This document shows, piece by piece, positions 37,394-52,121 of a stretch of DNA of 64,000 nt. This DNA comes from Eledone cirrhosa. Taxonomy: Eukaryota. The notes beneath the pieces are model-generated. The model saw nothing but the letters and a program-made list of their open reading frames with translations. It ran no database searches and was not told the origin of the DNA. The stretch lies in contig OZ024740.1 in assembly GCA_964016885.1 (NCBI GenBank), positions 425,134,001-425,198,000 on the forward strand, written 5' to 3'. The translations under genes were made by a program, and so were the position numbers. Each line of letters starts with the position of its first letter. Within the stretch, counting starts at the first letter, position 1.

Positions 37394-38529
37394 ATCAGAA
37401 ACAAGATAATAAGTAAGAAACATAACTTCTGACATAGACACAAGCCCAGAATTTTGCATGCACGTGTGTGCATGTGTGTGCATATGTGTGTATGCGTGGG
37501 CATGTGTGTGCACGTGTGTGCATGTGTGCGTGGGTGTATCTATCAAATTGATCACAGTACTTGTCTAGTATTTTATTGTGTTAATTATGTAAGGATATAT
37601 GCGATGCTGACCTCTATAGTGTGTGGTCTATCGAACCTTTTGACGCCTGGCCTGCCGGTACCCAACATCTTAGATCATGGACGATGAGAAGGGATTGTAT
37701 CATACATCTCCTAGCAGATATCATACCATTCAATTATATTATTGAAAGACTTTCCCGTCAGAAGTCAGAACTACTTACAAAAACAACCATTTACGGTGAT
37801 TAGAGTATATCTGTCACAACGTTACACATAAGATTATCGACAACTAGAGTGTGGCTTAGAGAAAAGTACACCTCCAAAATCCCAACCCTCATCGTCTAAA
37901 TCCCTGGTTTGACTTAATTATCTTCGAAAAGAAGAATCAAGTTGTTATCTAGTATTCCCCCTAGTTGTTATATAGTATTCCCCACCAGCAAATTTTACTT
38001 CGTTAGTATAGATGGCATTTATATCTGCTCCAACCATCGTACATCGTACACATTTTACCAGTACGTTAGAATATTGAACGATTTCTTTGCTATTAGAGTC
38101 GCTACTGTGTTCATCTATGTATAAGGGTATATCAGTTACGAAACAACAAACAAAAGAAGGCACCAGTTTTTAAATTATGCACAAATTCAGATTGATGATA
38201 CCCGTATAATGGAAGAATACATCTCCCTTCCAGATAGAACGTAACATTTAGTGTGTTGTACCAGGATAGTAAAGTACATGTCTGAGCTCTGTATTTGCCG
38301 CTTCTATTGCATATTCAATTTTCTTGCGTGACAAGACTCTCATAGCCATGACAAGGCCCGATTCTTGAGATGCGCCTAGAAGTTTGTTTTCATGGAAAAT
38401 TGGTCTCAATTTTCTTTGTCAGAGGGAAAACTATGTTAATACTGACGTTCTCTTTGAACTTTTGAACTTTAGAATGGAACTTTAGAATGGAACTAATTTT
38501 TGTATTCACTCCTTTCTCTCTCTCACACA

Positions 38530-38608
<79 letters not shown>

Positions 38609-39003
38609 GCACACACACACACTCTCTCCCTTTAAGGTTTAGATTTTGCGTACCTTAGATTCAACTGGCGGATTATTTATCATAAACTGTTTTTGGCGAG
38701 GCACAAGTGAATATGTTCGAATTTAAATAGGAAATATCTCCTCGTACCCACCGTTGCTGTTTCCCACAGTCCAGCTTGGGATTGGTAAATCATAAAAAAA
38801 GATATATTTTCCCGGCTCTGCAAGAAAAAATTCAGCCTTCGTAATAACGACAAGTGCCTATTTTCCAATCCTTTTCCTTGGGGATAGTAATGGTAACCGT
38901 CCAGTTGAATTCTAAAAGAAATAAAGAAACATAGTTATGGGGTTCTGGTGAGGGGGTGATATTAATATTAAAATCTTTGCGGAATTTCCCTATAAATTTT
39001 CTT

Positions 39004-39034
<31 letters not shown>

Positions 39035-39639
39035 TTTTTTGCGGTTCTTCAGCCGTCTTCTACCAGTGCACTTCTTAATTCGTGCATAATATTTTTTCAC
39101 TTTTATTCTTGTTTTCTTTATGGTTCTTTTTGTGATTGGGTGTTGATGTGTTGTTGTTTTTTTAATTTTGTTATTTGATTCTTCCTCTCATCCACCACCT
39201 TCCTCCTCCTTCTTCCTCCTCCACCTTCCTTCTCCTCTTGTCGTTAACGTCTAGCTGAGTCAGTCTCCTTTCTACACATTTCCCACCAAAGTCTACTCGG
39301 TGACACATTTAAACATTACCTTCCCCCAACACATTCACTCGACATCTCATCACGCACTCTTCTCAGGCAGCTAGTAACATTGTTAAGCCAAACACGTTTC
39401 CTTTCTTTCACTTTTCTAAACAGCAGATAAACGGACACGAAGGTCTTTGCTGAGTTTTCCCCATTCTCTTACTCCGGATTATTGGTTTCTATCTGCACAA
39501 AATGAACTTTACTCCATATTTGCTCCAGTTTATCGTCTGCTTTCTGAAAAATAACGAAGCCGTCTTTGTTCTCTTTTCTACTTTATAATATATATATGCT
39601 ATGAAAAAATTGAATTTTTTCTTTTGTTCTCTGCTCTAA

Positions 39640-39918
39640 TTTACCGTCTGCTCACTGTAAACCAAGGTTTTCCACGCTTTCTGTTCCAGTTTATCGTCAG
39701 CTCACTGCAAACCAAGGTTTTCCACGTTTTCTCTTCCAGTTTAACGTCCACTCACTGCAAACGAAGGTTTTCTTCATTTTCTATTCCAGGTTATCGTCCT
39801 GTTCACTGCAAACCAAGGTTTTCCACGTTTTCTATTCCAGGTTATCGTCTGCTCACTGCAAACTAAGGTTTTCTTCATTTTCTATTCCAGTTTATCGTCT
39901 GCTCACTGCAAACGAAGA
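39640..39918. repeat. ~50-bp minisatellite, ~6 units
   Basis: (C/T)TCACTG(C/T)AAAC recurs at 39651, 39701, 39751, 39802, 39852 and 39902. Confidence 0.85.
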
Positions 39919-40783
39919 TTATTCCTCTACCAATTTTGATCTGATTTATGCAAATATGTCTTTTCTTGTTTTGTAAACCAATTTGTCGTGGTCCCTCTGC
40001 AAAAACAAACACTTTCTAGGCCTGCTGTTTAGAAAACTGACTTTACTACGTTTTTTAATCTAACGTATCACCATATCATCTGCTCCTTATAAAAACTGGT
40101 TTTCCCAGTCTGCTGCTGAATAGGACCCCCCCCCCCCCCCTGCAAGCAGTGAAAAGCGGACGTAAAATGATGATGATGATGATGATATATATATATATAT
40201 ATAACAACAGTTTTTCTCGTCCTTTGTTTTAATTTTTATTACAAAAAACTAATCTTCTATATTTTGAACTGAAGTTTATCGTTTACCTTCTGCAAAATTA
40301 AAACAGAAAAACAAAACAATACTGTCTTTCCAACAAATGATGTGTCAGTACATTGTGACACGGAGTGTAAGCCGATATCACAAATCCTAGTAAAATCCCC
40401 CCCCCCCCCAACTTTCATTCTCCCTCATTTGTTGGCAGAATACGTTGCCTTGGTAACTGCACTGAGGACATAACATATATTACCAACACGACCAACGACA
40501 TTTTCACCTTCTTTCCCTTGTTTCTGCTACCCTCCCCCCCCCTTATTCTTTGTCCTTACTTCTTCACTACTTTCTCTCATTTTCTGACTCCTTTGTATTT
40601 CTTCCTCCCTCATTGTTTTTTCTTCTTCTTCCTTCATTTCTCCCTCCCCCTCCTTTCTGCCCCCCTCTCCACTTTTATCATTTACCCCCCCCCCCCCGCA
40701 GCTTATTCTGTTTCATTTTTTTATATTAATCTTCTTTATTTTTAATATAACAATAATGTTTTTTTTTAGTATAGACACAAGGC

Positions 40784-41000
40784 AGGGTGGTGGATTGGTA
40801 TTATCGGTAGAGCGTCGGACAACATGCTTTACGGTATAGAGTTACGGCCCTTTACATTTTTAGTTCAAATCCCGCCGAGTTTAGCTTTGCCTTTCATCCT
40901 TACGGGGTCAATAAAATAACGCACCAGTGATGCATTGGGTTCGATGTGGTCGACTTTTCCTTCACTCAACAGTATTGGCCGTCTGCCTAAACCAGAAACC
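40784..41000 (+). mobile_element. SINE family 1
   Basis: A/B boxes and core. Confidence 0.8.
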
Positions 41001-41025
41001 AATAGAGACACAATGCCAACAATTT

Positions 41026-41065
<40 letters not shown>

Positions 41066-41066
<1 letters not shown>

Positions 41067-41634
41067 TAGCCGAATTACCTGCGCCTTGCTGCGTTTCACA
41101 TATTATCTTTTCAAGAAAATGATGATTGATTTTAAATCAGTGATATCATTTATGGAGAAAAACTCTTTATTTCAATATTACTCAATGTAAAATGTAATGC
41201 AGGAAAAATTGGAAAACATTATCTTTTGTAATATATCAAATCAAAATTACATTATTAAATCTTATTCTTATTTTGTTTCTTGTAAATATTGTTTTTCAAA
41301 ATATCAATTCAAAACTTGATCATTTCATTTTTGTGTAAAGCATTATTTTCAAATTAGAAATTCAAATTTCCAATACTCAAGTTATGGGCTTCCAAAATGT
41401 TCACTATAGGGGGTTTAACCCCCATTTATGGTATCTTAATATTGTTGAAATTTGCTGAAATTTTGTGAATAGACATCATATCTTGTTATTTACCTATGGT
41501 TTAAATTTCATATGCATCGAAGGGCAATGTAGTTTCAGAATATATATGGTTATGGGAGTCTATCTCCAAAACCATAGGAGGAGTTTGTGAACAAACAAAC
41601 AAACAGACAGGAACTACAAGTTTATATATATAGA
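41066..41634 (-). mobile_element. Non-autonomous Helitron
   Basis: Minus strand: A|TCTATATATATAAACTTG..(TTTG)n ... CGCAGCAAGGCGCAGG hairpin, CTAG|T. Confidence 0.7.
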
Positions 41635-42360
41635 TATATTTAATTATATATAATTAAGAGACTAAGCTTGATGAATAGAACGGATATTTATGTTGAACTA
41701 ATGAGGAATCTGCAGATACTCCAGACTATACCTTTAGATTTATACCTGTGATCATTGAGGCTGTGGGATATTTTACGAACTGCCTTAATACAAATCTTGA
41801 GGGACTGGCTTGTCAGAACAATGAAAGACAAGGCTATGTTGAACATGACATGAACAGTCCATTAATGGAACTGTAAAAATATGTAAAACATTTCAAAAAT
41901 CCAGCATGTAATAACTTTTGTTCAAAATATTTTCTGTTACACTCAATCACTTTCATTTCATCATTGTCAACATCCATAGCTTCTTTTTCCCTGATTTAGT
42001 TTCAATTTAGTTTCTTATAAATAATCATTTATAAATATTTTTCGTATACATCTCTCTCATCTTCGTGTTACTTAGTAAGATGATGTATTCACTCAGTTGT
42101 TTAATTTTGCTGATTATTTTGTAAGTTGATTTCTTAATCATGTGGTTTTTCATGTGGTTTTTCCAGCAGGGACTTCTGGTAATATAGCAAACTATTAGAT
42201 ATTTTCTTTTGTTTAGAAATAAGTCCATGATTGACTGTTAATTTGACAATGGTTTGAGAAATCTGTGAGTTAAAAGGTTTGACGAGCCGCATATATTCTA
42301 GTCATTGTTTCAGCTTTGATGGATGATCCAAGAAGAAGAAGAAGACAATAGAAGGTTGGG

Positions 42361-42718
42361 GTTTCTACTATTGACACAAGGCCAGGGATTATACCAGTGC
42401 ATCACTGGTACTTTATCTTATCGACTTGGTAAGGATGAAAGGCAAAGTTAATCTCGGCGGATTTGAACTCAGAACGCAAAGGACCATAACTATTCTGCAA
42501 AGCATGGTGTCTGACGCTCTACCGATACTGCCAAACCACCACCCTAGCATGGTGTCTGACGCTCTACCGATACTGCCAAACCACCACCCTAGCATGGTGT
42601 CTGACGCTCTACCGATACTGCCAAACCACCACCCTAGCATTATGTCTGACGCTCTACCGATACTGCCAAACCACCACCCTAGCATGGTGTCTGACGCTCT
42701 ACCGATACTGCCAAACCA
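42361..42718 (-). mobile_element. SINE family 1 with the 45-bp head (A box) repeated five times
   Basis: AGCATGGTGTCTGACGCTCTACCGATACTGCCAAACCACCACCCT at 42501, 42546, 42591, 42636 and 42681. Confidence 0.9.
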
Positions 42719-42759
42719 TAGAAGGTTGTCCAAACATCAGTAAAAGAATATAATCTACT

Positions 42760-43770
42760 TCGGTCTGATGGGAAATTATTTCAGCAATGGATTGTAGATT
42801 TTAACCTTTAAATGGCGGCTGAGAATTTAAATTATATTAGTTGTTTGACTTATATGAGGTATGAAGGGCATCTAAGAATTGGACAGTATGAAGGGCTTAC
42901 AGCTCAACTAACGTCTGTTGTCGGGGATGTAGGAACTCCTGTAATAGGCATTGTCATTTTGCCATCAAGGAATGGTGGATTGGCAATATCGGTAGAGCGT
43001 CGGAAAACATGCTTTGCGTTATTTAGTTACGACTTTCTACGTTGTGAGTTCAAATCTCGCAGATGTTAGTTTTGGCCTTCATCCTTACGGGGTCGATTTA
43101 ATCGACTCCCCCAACCAAAGAAAAAGAAAATGTTGGCTTTGTGCCTAAATCAGGGACTATTTCAAGGATCCCAAGTGATATGAAAATGGACTACCCTCAG
43201 GCAATATATATAGTGTCAACATTTGGAAAGTCAGATTTGTTTATAACTATGACCTATAATTCTTTATTGAACGACATTACAAGGAATCTCCTTCCTAGAC
43301 CAAACATCTCACGACAGACCTTATGTTGTTGCAAGAGTATTTCAGATGAAATTAACGGAGGCCTTGAATAGCGTACAATATTGTATTTTTTAAAAATAAA
43401 TAACTATTTCATTGATTTACAGAAACAAGGATTATCACATGTCCGTATTATCACATGTCCTTCATGGACGAAAAATATCAATTTAATGAACCAGGCAAAA
43501 AAGATGCTACAGTGACCGCTGAAATATCAGATCCCATAACTGGAACCTAAATTCACAAAACAGTTAGGAAATGTATGATTCGTGTCCCATGTGGCTATCA
43601 GAACCCGAATGCACCAAACACGGGGAATAACAAATATAGCAAAGGTTTTCCTAAGGATTGCAAGGAACTTGTATATATAGATATTGACGGATATCCAACA
43701 CATGGAAGAAGGTTTAACTGTCACATCAATGTAGACTTATTGTCTTCAGTGAAATCGTAGCCTTCATATA
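42760..43770 (+). pseudogene. Helitron Rep (HUH) domain remnant interrupted by a SINE (42971-43151)
   Basis: GKLFQQWIVD, VILPS, FGKSDLFITMT, DRPYVVARVF, LQKQGLSH, MIRVPCG..SKGFPK and HINVD match RepHel motifs. Confidence 0.85.
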
Positions 43771-43959
43771 TCTATATATATTTGATGATGTATTTACAAT
43801 TGCGTAAATGGTCAAATTAATGAGATATATATTGACCAAGGATTTGTTCCCAGTGACGTATGGAAATACTTGAATACCAGATACAGTGATCCTGAAGGAA
43901 TGCGGTGACTACTGGAATAGAAAATACATAACAAATCACATTCAATAGTATTGTTGGAT

Positions 43960-44395
43960 GGTCATATGGAAAGACAACAGTGTAAGTAGTTCACAGGAGG
44001 TAAAGAGAGACAATCATTACAAAGATATGACCAGAGACATACACACCAGACAGGGTGGTTTCTTCTGAACGAACAATAGTAGGCCCATTCATCACGCCAA
44101 ACTCTCATACAGCGTTTAACAAATACATTGTGGAGCAGCACTTCCCCCTCGCACTTCACCCTAATTTCCAATATATTCTTGAAATGGTTGATAGGGATTG
44201 ACTTAATAACAATGCGTCAGTCTTCAGTTATTTCAGCCTCCTCCAACACACAACCTATTTTGCCACAGGTGCCAGAAAAAGGAAAACTGTCTACCCTTCC
44301 CCACCAAAGGATAGCAGTGGGGCGATCTTCACGATAGATTCGGCTGAAAGCCGAATCCATCCCACACTCACCACACGTTCGACAAAGCTCCACTA
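43960..44395 (-). mobile_element. Old Tx1-family 3' fragment (ORF2 C-terminus)
   Basis: WSFVERV..IRLSAESIVKIAP..EG..VF..FVKR..MNGPT aligns with the Tx1-A ORF2 C-terminus. Confidence 0.75.
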
Positions 44396-44404
44396 ATCAG
44401 TGTA

Positions 44405-44547
44405 TAATAATTGTTTCTACTTTTGACCCCGTAAGGATGAAAGGCAAAGTTAACCTCGACGGAATTTAACTCTGACCGTAAAGGGACGTAACTATGCTAG
44501 AAAACATGGCTTCCAACCTTCTTCCGATACTGCCAATTCACCGCCCT
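44405..44547 (-). mobile_element. SINE family 1 with internal deletion
   Basis: Head and part of the core on the minus strand. Confidence 0.8.
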
Positions 44548-44659
44548 AATCAGTGGATAATAATAACAGATACATACGTGTAGAGTTTGCCACGAACTAG
44601 CAAAACTCTTTCCAAAAATTTATCATTAGTTCCGAACTTGAAACTTCTTCGGAACAGAT

Positions 44660-47600
44660 CAGAAGTGTGATCTTCGTTGACCAGATTAACCCAGAAGTGT
44701 GATCTTCGTTGACCGGATTAACCCAGAAATGTCATCTTCGTTGACCAGATTAACCCAGAAGTGTGATCTTCGTTGACCAGATTAACCCAGAAATGTGATC
44801 TTCGTTGACCAGATTAACCCAGAAGTGTGATCTTCGTTGACCAGATTAACCCAGAAATGTGATCTTCGTTGACCGGATTAACCCAGAAATGTCATCTTCG
44901 TTGACTAGATTAACCCAGAAGTGTGATCTTCGTTGACCAGATTAACCCAGAAGTGTGATCTTCGTTGACCAGATTAACCCAGAAATGTGATCTTCGTTGA
45001 CCGGATTAAGCCAGAAATGTGATCTTCGTTGACCGGATTAACCCAGAAATGTCATCTTCGTTGACCAGATTAACCCAGAAGTGTGATCTTCGTTGACCAG
45101 ATTAACCCAGAAATGTCATCTTCGTTGACCAGATTAACCCAGAAGTGTGATCTTCGTTGACCAGATTAACCCAGAAATGTGATCTTCGTTGACCGGATTA
45201 ACCCAGAAATGTGATCTTCGTTGACCAGATTAACCCAGAAGTGTGATCTTCGTTGACCAGATTAACCCTGAAATGTCATCTTCGTCGACCAGATTAACCC
45301 AGAAATGAGATCTTCGTTGACCGGATTAACCCAGAAATGTGATCTTCGTTGACCAGATTAACCCAGAAGTGTGATCTTCGTTGACCAGATTATCCCAGAA
45401 GTGTGATCTTCGTTGACCAGATTAACCCAGAAATGTGATCTTCGTTGACCAGATTAACCCAGAAATGTGATCTTCGTTGACCAGATTAACCCAGAAGTGT
45501 GATCTTCGTTGACCAGATTAACCCAGAAATGTGATCTTCGTTGACCAGATTAACCCAGAAGTGTGATCTTCGTTTACCAGATTAACCCAGAAATGTGATC
45601 TTCGTTGACCAGATTAACCTAGAAGTGTGATCTTCGTTGACCAGATTAACCCAGAAATGTGATCTTCGTTGACCGGATTAACCCAGAAATGTCATCTTCG
45701 TTGACTAGATTAACCCAGAAGTGTGATCTTCGTTGACCAGATTAACCCAGAAGTGTGATCTTCGTTGACCAGATTAACCCAGAAATGTGATCTTCGTTGA
45801 CCGGATTAAGCCAGAAATGTGATCTTCGTTGACCGGATTAACCCAGAAATGTCATCTTCGTTGACCAGATTAACCCAGAAGTGTGATCTTCGTTGACCAG
45901 ATTAACCCAGAAATGTCATCTTCGTTGACCAGATTAACCCAGAAGTGTGATCTTCGTTGACCAGATTAACCCAGAAATGTGATCTTCGTTGACCGGATTA
46001 ACCCAGAAATGTGATCTTCGTTGACCAGATTAACCCAGAAGTGTGATCTTCGTTGACCAGATTAACCCTGAAATGTCATCTTCGTCGACCAGATTAACCC
46101 AGAAATGAGATCTTCGTTGACCGGATTAACCCAGAAATGTGATCTTCGTTGACCAGATTAACCCAGAAGTGTGATCTTCGTTGACCAGATTATCCCAGAA
46201 GTGTGATCTTCGTTGACCAGATTAACCCAGAAATGTGATCTTCGTTGACCAGATTAACCCAGAAATGTGATCTTCGTTGACCAGATTAACCCAGAAGTGT
46301 GATCTTCGTTGACCAGATTAACCCAGAAATGTGATCTTCGTTGACCAGATTAACCCAGAAGTGTGATCTTCGTTTACCAGATTAACCCAGAAATGTGATC
46401 TTCGTTGACCAGATTAACCTAGAAGTGTGATCTTCGTTGACCAGATTAACCCAGAAATGTGATCTTCGTTGACCAGATTAACCTAGAAGTGTGATCTTCG
46501 TTGACCAGATTAACCCAGAAATGTGATCTTCGTTGACCAGATTAACCCAGAAATGTGATCCTCGTTGACCGGATTAACCCAGAAATGTGATCTTCGTTGA
46601 CCAGATTAACCCAGAAGTGTGATCTTCGTTGACCGGATTAACCCAGAAATGTCATCTTCGTTGACCAGATTAACCCAGAAGTGTGATCTTCGTTGACCAG
46701 ATTAACCCAGAAATGTGATCTTCGTTGACCAGATTAACCCAGAAGTGTGATCTTCGTTGACCAGATTAACCCAGAAATGTGATCTTCGTTGACCGGATTA
46801 ACCCAGAAATGTCATCTTCGTTGACCAGATTAACCCAGAATTGTGATCTTCGTTGACCAGATTAACCCAGAAGTGTGATCTTCGTTGACCAGATTAACCC
46901 AGAAATGTGATCTTCGTTGACCGGATTAAGCCAGAAATGTGATCTTCGTTGACCGGATTAACCCAGAAATGTCATCTTCGTTGACCAGATTAACCCAGAA
47001 GTGTGATCTTCGTTGACCAGATTAACCCAGAAATGTCATCTTCGTTGACCAGATTAACCCAGAAGTGTGATCTTCGTTGACCAGATTAACCCAGAAATGT
47101 GATCTTCGTTGACCGGATTAACCCAGAAATGTCATCTTCGTTGACCAGATTAACCCAGAAGTGTGATCTTCGTTGACCAGATTAACCCAGAAATGTCATC
47201 TTCGTCGACCAGATTAACCCAGAAATGAGATCTTCGTTGACCGGATTAACCCAGAAATGTGATCTTCGTTGACCAGATTAACCCAGAAGTGTGATCTTCG
47301 TTGACCAGATTATCCCAGAAGTGTGATCTTCGTTGACCAGATTAACCCAGAAATGTGATCTTCGTTGACCAGATTAACCCAGAAATGTGATCTTCGTTGA
47401 CCAGATTAACCCAGAAGTGTGATCTTCGTTGACCAGATTAACCCAGAAATGTGATCTTCGTTGACCAGATTAACCCAGAAGTGTGATCTTCGTTTACCAG
47501 ATTAACCCAGAAATGTGATCTTCGTTGACCAGATTAACCTAGAAGTGTGATCTTCGTTGACCAGATTAACCCAGAAATGTGATCTTCGTTGACCAGATTA

Positions 47601-48063
47601 ACCCAGAAATGTGATCCTCGTTGACCGGATTAACCCAGAAATGTGATCTTCGTTGACCAGATTAACCCAGAAGTGTGATCTTCGTTGACCGGATTAACCC
47701 AGAAATGTGATCTTCGTTGACCGGATTAACCCAGAAGTGTGATCTTCGTTGACCAGATTAACCCAGAAGTGTGATCCTCGTTGACCGGATTAACCCAGAA
47801 ATGTGATCTTCGTTGACCGGATTAACCCAGAAGTGTGATCTTCGTTGACCGGATTAACCCAGAAATGTGATCTTCGTTGACCAGATTAACCCAGAAATGT
47901 GATCTTCGTTGACCAGATTAACCCAGAAGTGTGATCTTCGTTGACCAGATTAACCCAGAAATGTGATCTTCGTTGACCAGATTAACCCAGAAGTGTGATC
48001 TTCGCTGACCGGATTAACCCAGAAATGTGATCTTCGTTGACAGGATTAACCCAGAAATGTGAT
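44660..48063. repeat. 32-bp satellite array, ~106 monomers, with higher-order repeats
   Basis: Unit AGAA(A/G)TGT(G/C)ATCTTCGTTGACC(A/G)GATTAACCC. Diagnostic variants recur at 800 and 1120 bp. Confidence 0.97.
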
Positions 48064-48506
48064 TGTTCTTGCCGACCCCTACCCCGTAAAAGTTGCCAGA
48101 ACACACTAGATAATTGTCTTGTATTGATGCACCGTATGTCACTCCACAGACATTTAAGACATAATTCTGATTGAGTAAAGGACGGATTGTCAATCGTTTT
48201 ATTTTCTTTATTAACGTATTTATTATAGTCTTTGTTTTCGGTCCATCAACTACTCCTGGACGCATAAACTTTTTGTGAAGAGAAGAAGGATGAAGCAACA
48301 TTTGAATATTATTTAAAAAAAAACCCCTAAAATAAACAAAATGCTTTCAAACTTCTGCCTAAGAAACATAAGAAGCCAAATAAAGGTTTTTGGTTGGCTT
48401 AGCAGCAAACGAGAACTAAGAAGTTGACAATAACAACCCAGAAACGAGCAAAGTTTCAAGAAGAATTGTAACACTTTAATTCATGCCACATCATGTCAGA
48501 TGGTAG

Positions 48507-48561
<55 letters not shown>

Positions 48562-48751
48562 TGTAATAAACAACATAAGGCAATTATTTCATTTACCAGT
48601 GGTTTCTTAAAAGCAAACAAATTTTGCTTTCAATCATCAGAATGAAAAAATCCTGGTGTATTTATTGGCATTGGATTTTAAAAACAAAAACTGTTACCTA
48701 CATAGAACACTCTTTTTTCCTGGACTTTTCCGACGGAATTACTTCATTCAA

Positions 48752-48789
<38 letters not shown>

Positions 48790-48892
48790 GGCGACCGGCT
48801 AAAGTGGAAGATGCTAGATGGTCGGTCGTCCTCGGGTCTATGATTTTCAGCCCCATGGATTTTATCTGTTACATTCATTTATTATATTTCGA

Positions 48893-48950
48893 ATACCTGA
48901 TGATATCACCGGATTCATACGGAACCCGGTCATTGAAATGATCATAGTAT
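48893..48950 (+). ncRNA. Type I minimal hammerhead motif followed by AATAAA
   Basis: AUAC-CUGAUGA-[stem II including ACCGG/CCGGU]-GAAA-UGAUCA-UA-GUAU. Confidence 0.7.
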
Positions 48951-48995
48951 AATAAACCTTTCATGGATTTACACAAGTCCAGCCTCTTGTTATTT

Positions 48996-49083
<88 letters not shown>

Positions 49084-49199
49084 CGAAGGAAATGTGGTAA
49101 GAAACCAGGTGGACCATAACGCACCAAAGTACTCAATACTTGAGGTAGTAGAGTGGGTAATAGGAACCAGTAAGACCCCAAATGTTGGGGTCTTACTGG

Positions 49200-49262
<63 letters not shown>

Positions 49263-49306
49263 ATGTATATATGTATGTATATGTATATATAAATATATAT
49301 ATACAT

Positions 49307-49472
49307 TATCGGTAGAGGGTCGGACGCCATGCTTTGCAGCATAGTTACGTCCCTTTACGGACTGAGTTCAAATCCCGCCGAGGTTAACTTTGCCTTTCAT
49401 CCTTACGGGGTCGATAAAATAAAGTACCAGTAATGCACTGGGTAATTGCTGGCCTTGTGCCTAAAGTAGAAA
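49307..49472 (+). mobile_element. SINE family 1
   Basis: Near-consensus copy. Confidence 0.9.
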
Positions 49473-50479
49473 AAAAAATTATCGTTCATCTACATATTCT
49501 TTCATACACAGAGCCTTGTTAACAATGCATATTACCAAATGCTTTCCCAGGGACCTCTATATGGCGGTGAGGTTGGCTTGGTCCCTTGTAACATTTACGG
49601 ACAGGAAAATAAACTCATTTTGACACTTCAAATCAACAACAACATCAACAACAACTACAACGACAACAACAATAATAATTTCTTTATAATAATAATAATA
49701 TACTTGTGGCCAATTTTTAATGCATTTTTCTTCTTAAATTCTCATATTTATTGATGAAGTATTCATATTTAAATATTCTTATGTCTATGTCAACATTTCT
49801 ATTTTACTTGACTCTCTAATCCCGATAGATGAATCTAAGTTGCATTATAGCTTTGGTTTCATGGGAATTGCTTTCTTTCAAGTGAATTCCGTATCAGTTG
49901 GATGATCGGCAAAATGAACTTAACAGAAATTTATGTTTTCCAAATTTGTATATGGGATTTGCTGGTTTGGCTAAATAAAAGAAAAAAGAAAAATAACCCT
50001 CCCAAGTTATTTAGAGATCAAAAATGATCAAGGCTGCTACCAATATTGACAAAAGAATTTGTAAAACACTAATATTTCATTATTATAAACGAGAAAAAAA
50101 TGTCTACTTTCAAGACAAAAAAAAAAGAAGCAGCAACTGACGTAAGAGATATGCAGATTAATTAAAATGTTTCTAGATGAACGATTAATAAATGCTCCGT
50201 AGTTATAACATATATTTTCTGACTGTTGATGAGCAATCAACTATTTTAAACTTATATGTTGGAGGCTAATCATTGACTGTTAACTTCGGTCTGTATAAAG
50301 AGTATTATATTCAGTAACATGAATAAATATATATCGAATTGTCTTCTCCAATAACTTTGATATATTATGGAAATATAAAGAAAAAAAAAGTGGGAAAAAA
50401 CTCTCGATTGCTTGCGTTAGTTTGAATGTACGTTGTGAAGTCCAAAAGCAACAGAGCTATCTCCCACCCCTCCTCATGT

Positions 50480-50510
<31 letters not shown>

Positions 50511-50527
50511 ATTTGTTATTATTACTA

Positions 50528-50648
<121 letters not shown>

Positions 50649-50787
50649 TTAATAATAAATACAAAGACCAAAATCCCAAATCCAGAGAGGACTCGTTAAG
50701 GGTTGTATATATACATAAGTATATATAAACCCGTAGAATAAAAGTTTAAGCAAATAAATTTCTGCTTTCACCTGAGTTTCAGATGAT

Positions 50788-51258
50788 CCCGCTCATCAAT
50801 TCGGTATTCATGCCAACCCTTACCTATAATGATGAATCTTGGGTAATGACCGAAAGAATACGATCGCAAATACAACTGGCGGCCGAAATGAGGTTTCACG
50901 GAAGGGTCTTTGGAGTAATGTTACTCGATAGAGCGCATAGTTTAGAGATCAGAGAGTCACCCCAGTACAACCCACTACATCTCTGAATTCAGAGATCACA
51001 GCCCCGATACTATGGACATGTGGTTAGAATGTCTCAGGAATGATTCGCTAGACAGATTTTACGAACAAAACCACCGACAGGAGACCCAGATCCCAAGCAA
51101 GATGGTTGGATAACATCCCTGAGCTTGGCTGGTCTCGTTTGGAGATCTGGTCAGATCAATTGGAGACAGTTGCTTCTGACAGGACCTACTGGAAGGAGTG
51201 TTTTAGGACTCGGCTCCCACAACCTTCCTAGGAACAAGTGGGCGAAGAAGAAGAAGAG
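50788..51258 (+). mobile_element. RTE-clade LINE 3' fragment ending in (AAG)n
   Basis: PTLTY.DESWVMTERIRSQIQ.AAEMRF..YYGHVVRM; tail GAAGAAGAAGAAG. Confidence 0.8.
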
Positions 51259-52121
51259 CACAAGTCTCGACATTCTGATATCCAGAGTGAAGAAAGAAAA
51301 AAGACGTTTATCCTAAAGATGATAAAAAAGAGTTGAAAGCAGAATATTTAAATCATCAACACCACTAAAGATGTATTTCGTATAACACTTACATATATGT
51401 ACTCGATAAACACTGGGTTATGTGTGATAGGTGCTGTTCAATAAATTCTATTATCTATATGTATGTAAATTAATAAATTATTATGTCTAATGAAATTAAT
51501 AGATTTCTGAATCTCATCAAACGACTGTTCATTAAACTAATTAGTCAAGCACACTATATGATCTTGAGAAGATTCTGCTTTATATGATGTAAGTAGTTGC
51601 GCAGATATTTTGCTGATATATAAAATATGAGGTTTCCTTTGTCTTTAATTATTCCGAGGTCGATGAAATAAAGTACCAGTTGATTTAATCAATTTTACCC
51701 TTCGCCTCAAATTTATAGATCTTGTGCCTAAATTAGAAATCAATATAAAAATATGTATTTCACGAACCAATCAGGGAGGAGAGCTCTACGAGTATACTCG
51801 AACTGCTAGAAATAGCAGTCAAGTCTCCTTCAAATCACATTCCTACTCTACCCATGATGGAATAATTATAAATGTATTGTAATTTATATATGGGATGATC
51901 ATGTCTTGAATGTCTTCTGAATTCAGGTTAAGTTCAACAATAACAAAAGTTACCTTAAATCTCTACAGTCACAGATCGCTCTCAAATATAACCTTTCTGT
52001 CCTTCTGGTTTTTAAAATTATTTTTATTGTTCTCCTAATTTGATCTCGCAATTTTTGAAGAAGACACCTAAATGGAACGGACTTAACCAACCGTTTACAA
52101 ACATATTTTCAAAGTGGTCAG

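Noticed and set aside
42413-42743. 15-aa repeat proteins on both strands
   Set aside because: By-product of the 45-bp SINE head tandem.
44660-48063. CRISPR-like 32-bp repeats
   Set aside because: Head-to-tail monomers with no unique spacers, no cas genes and a eukaryotic context.
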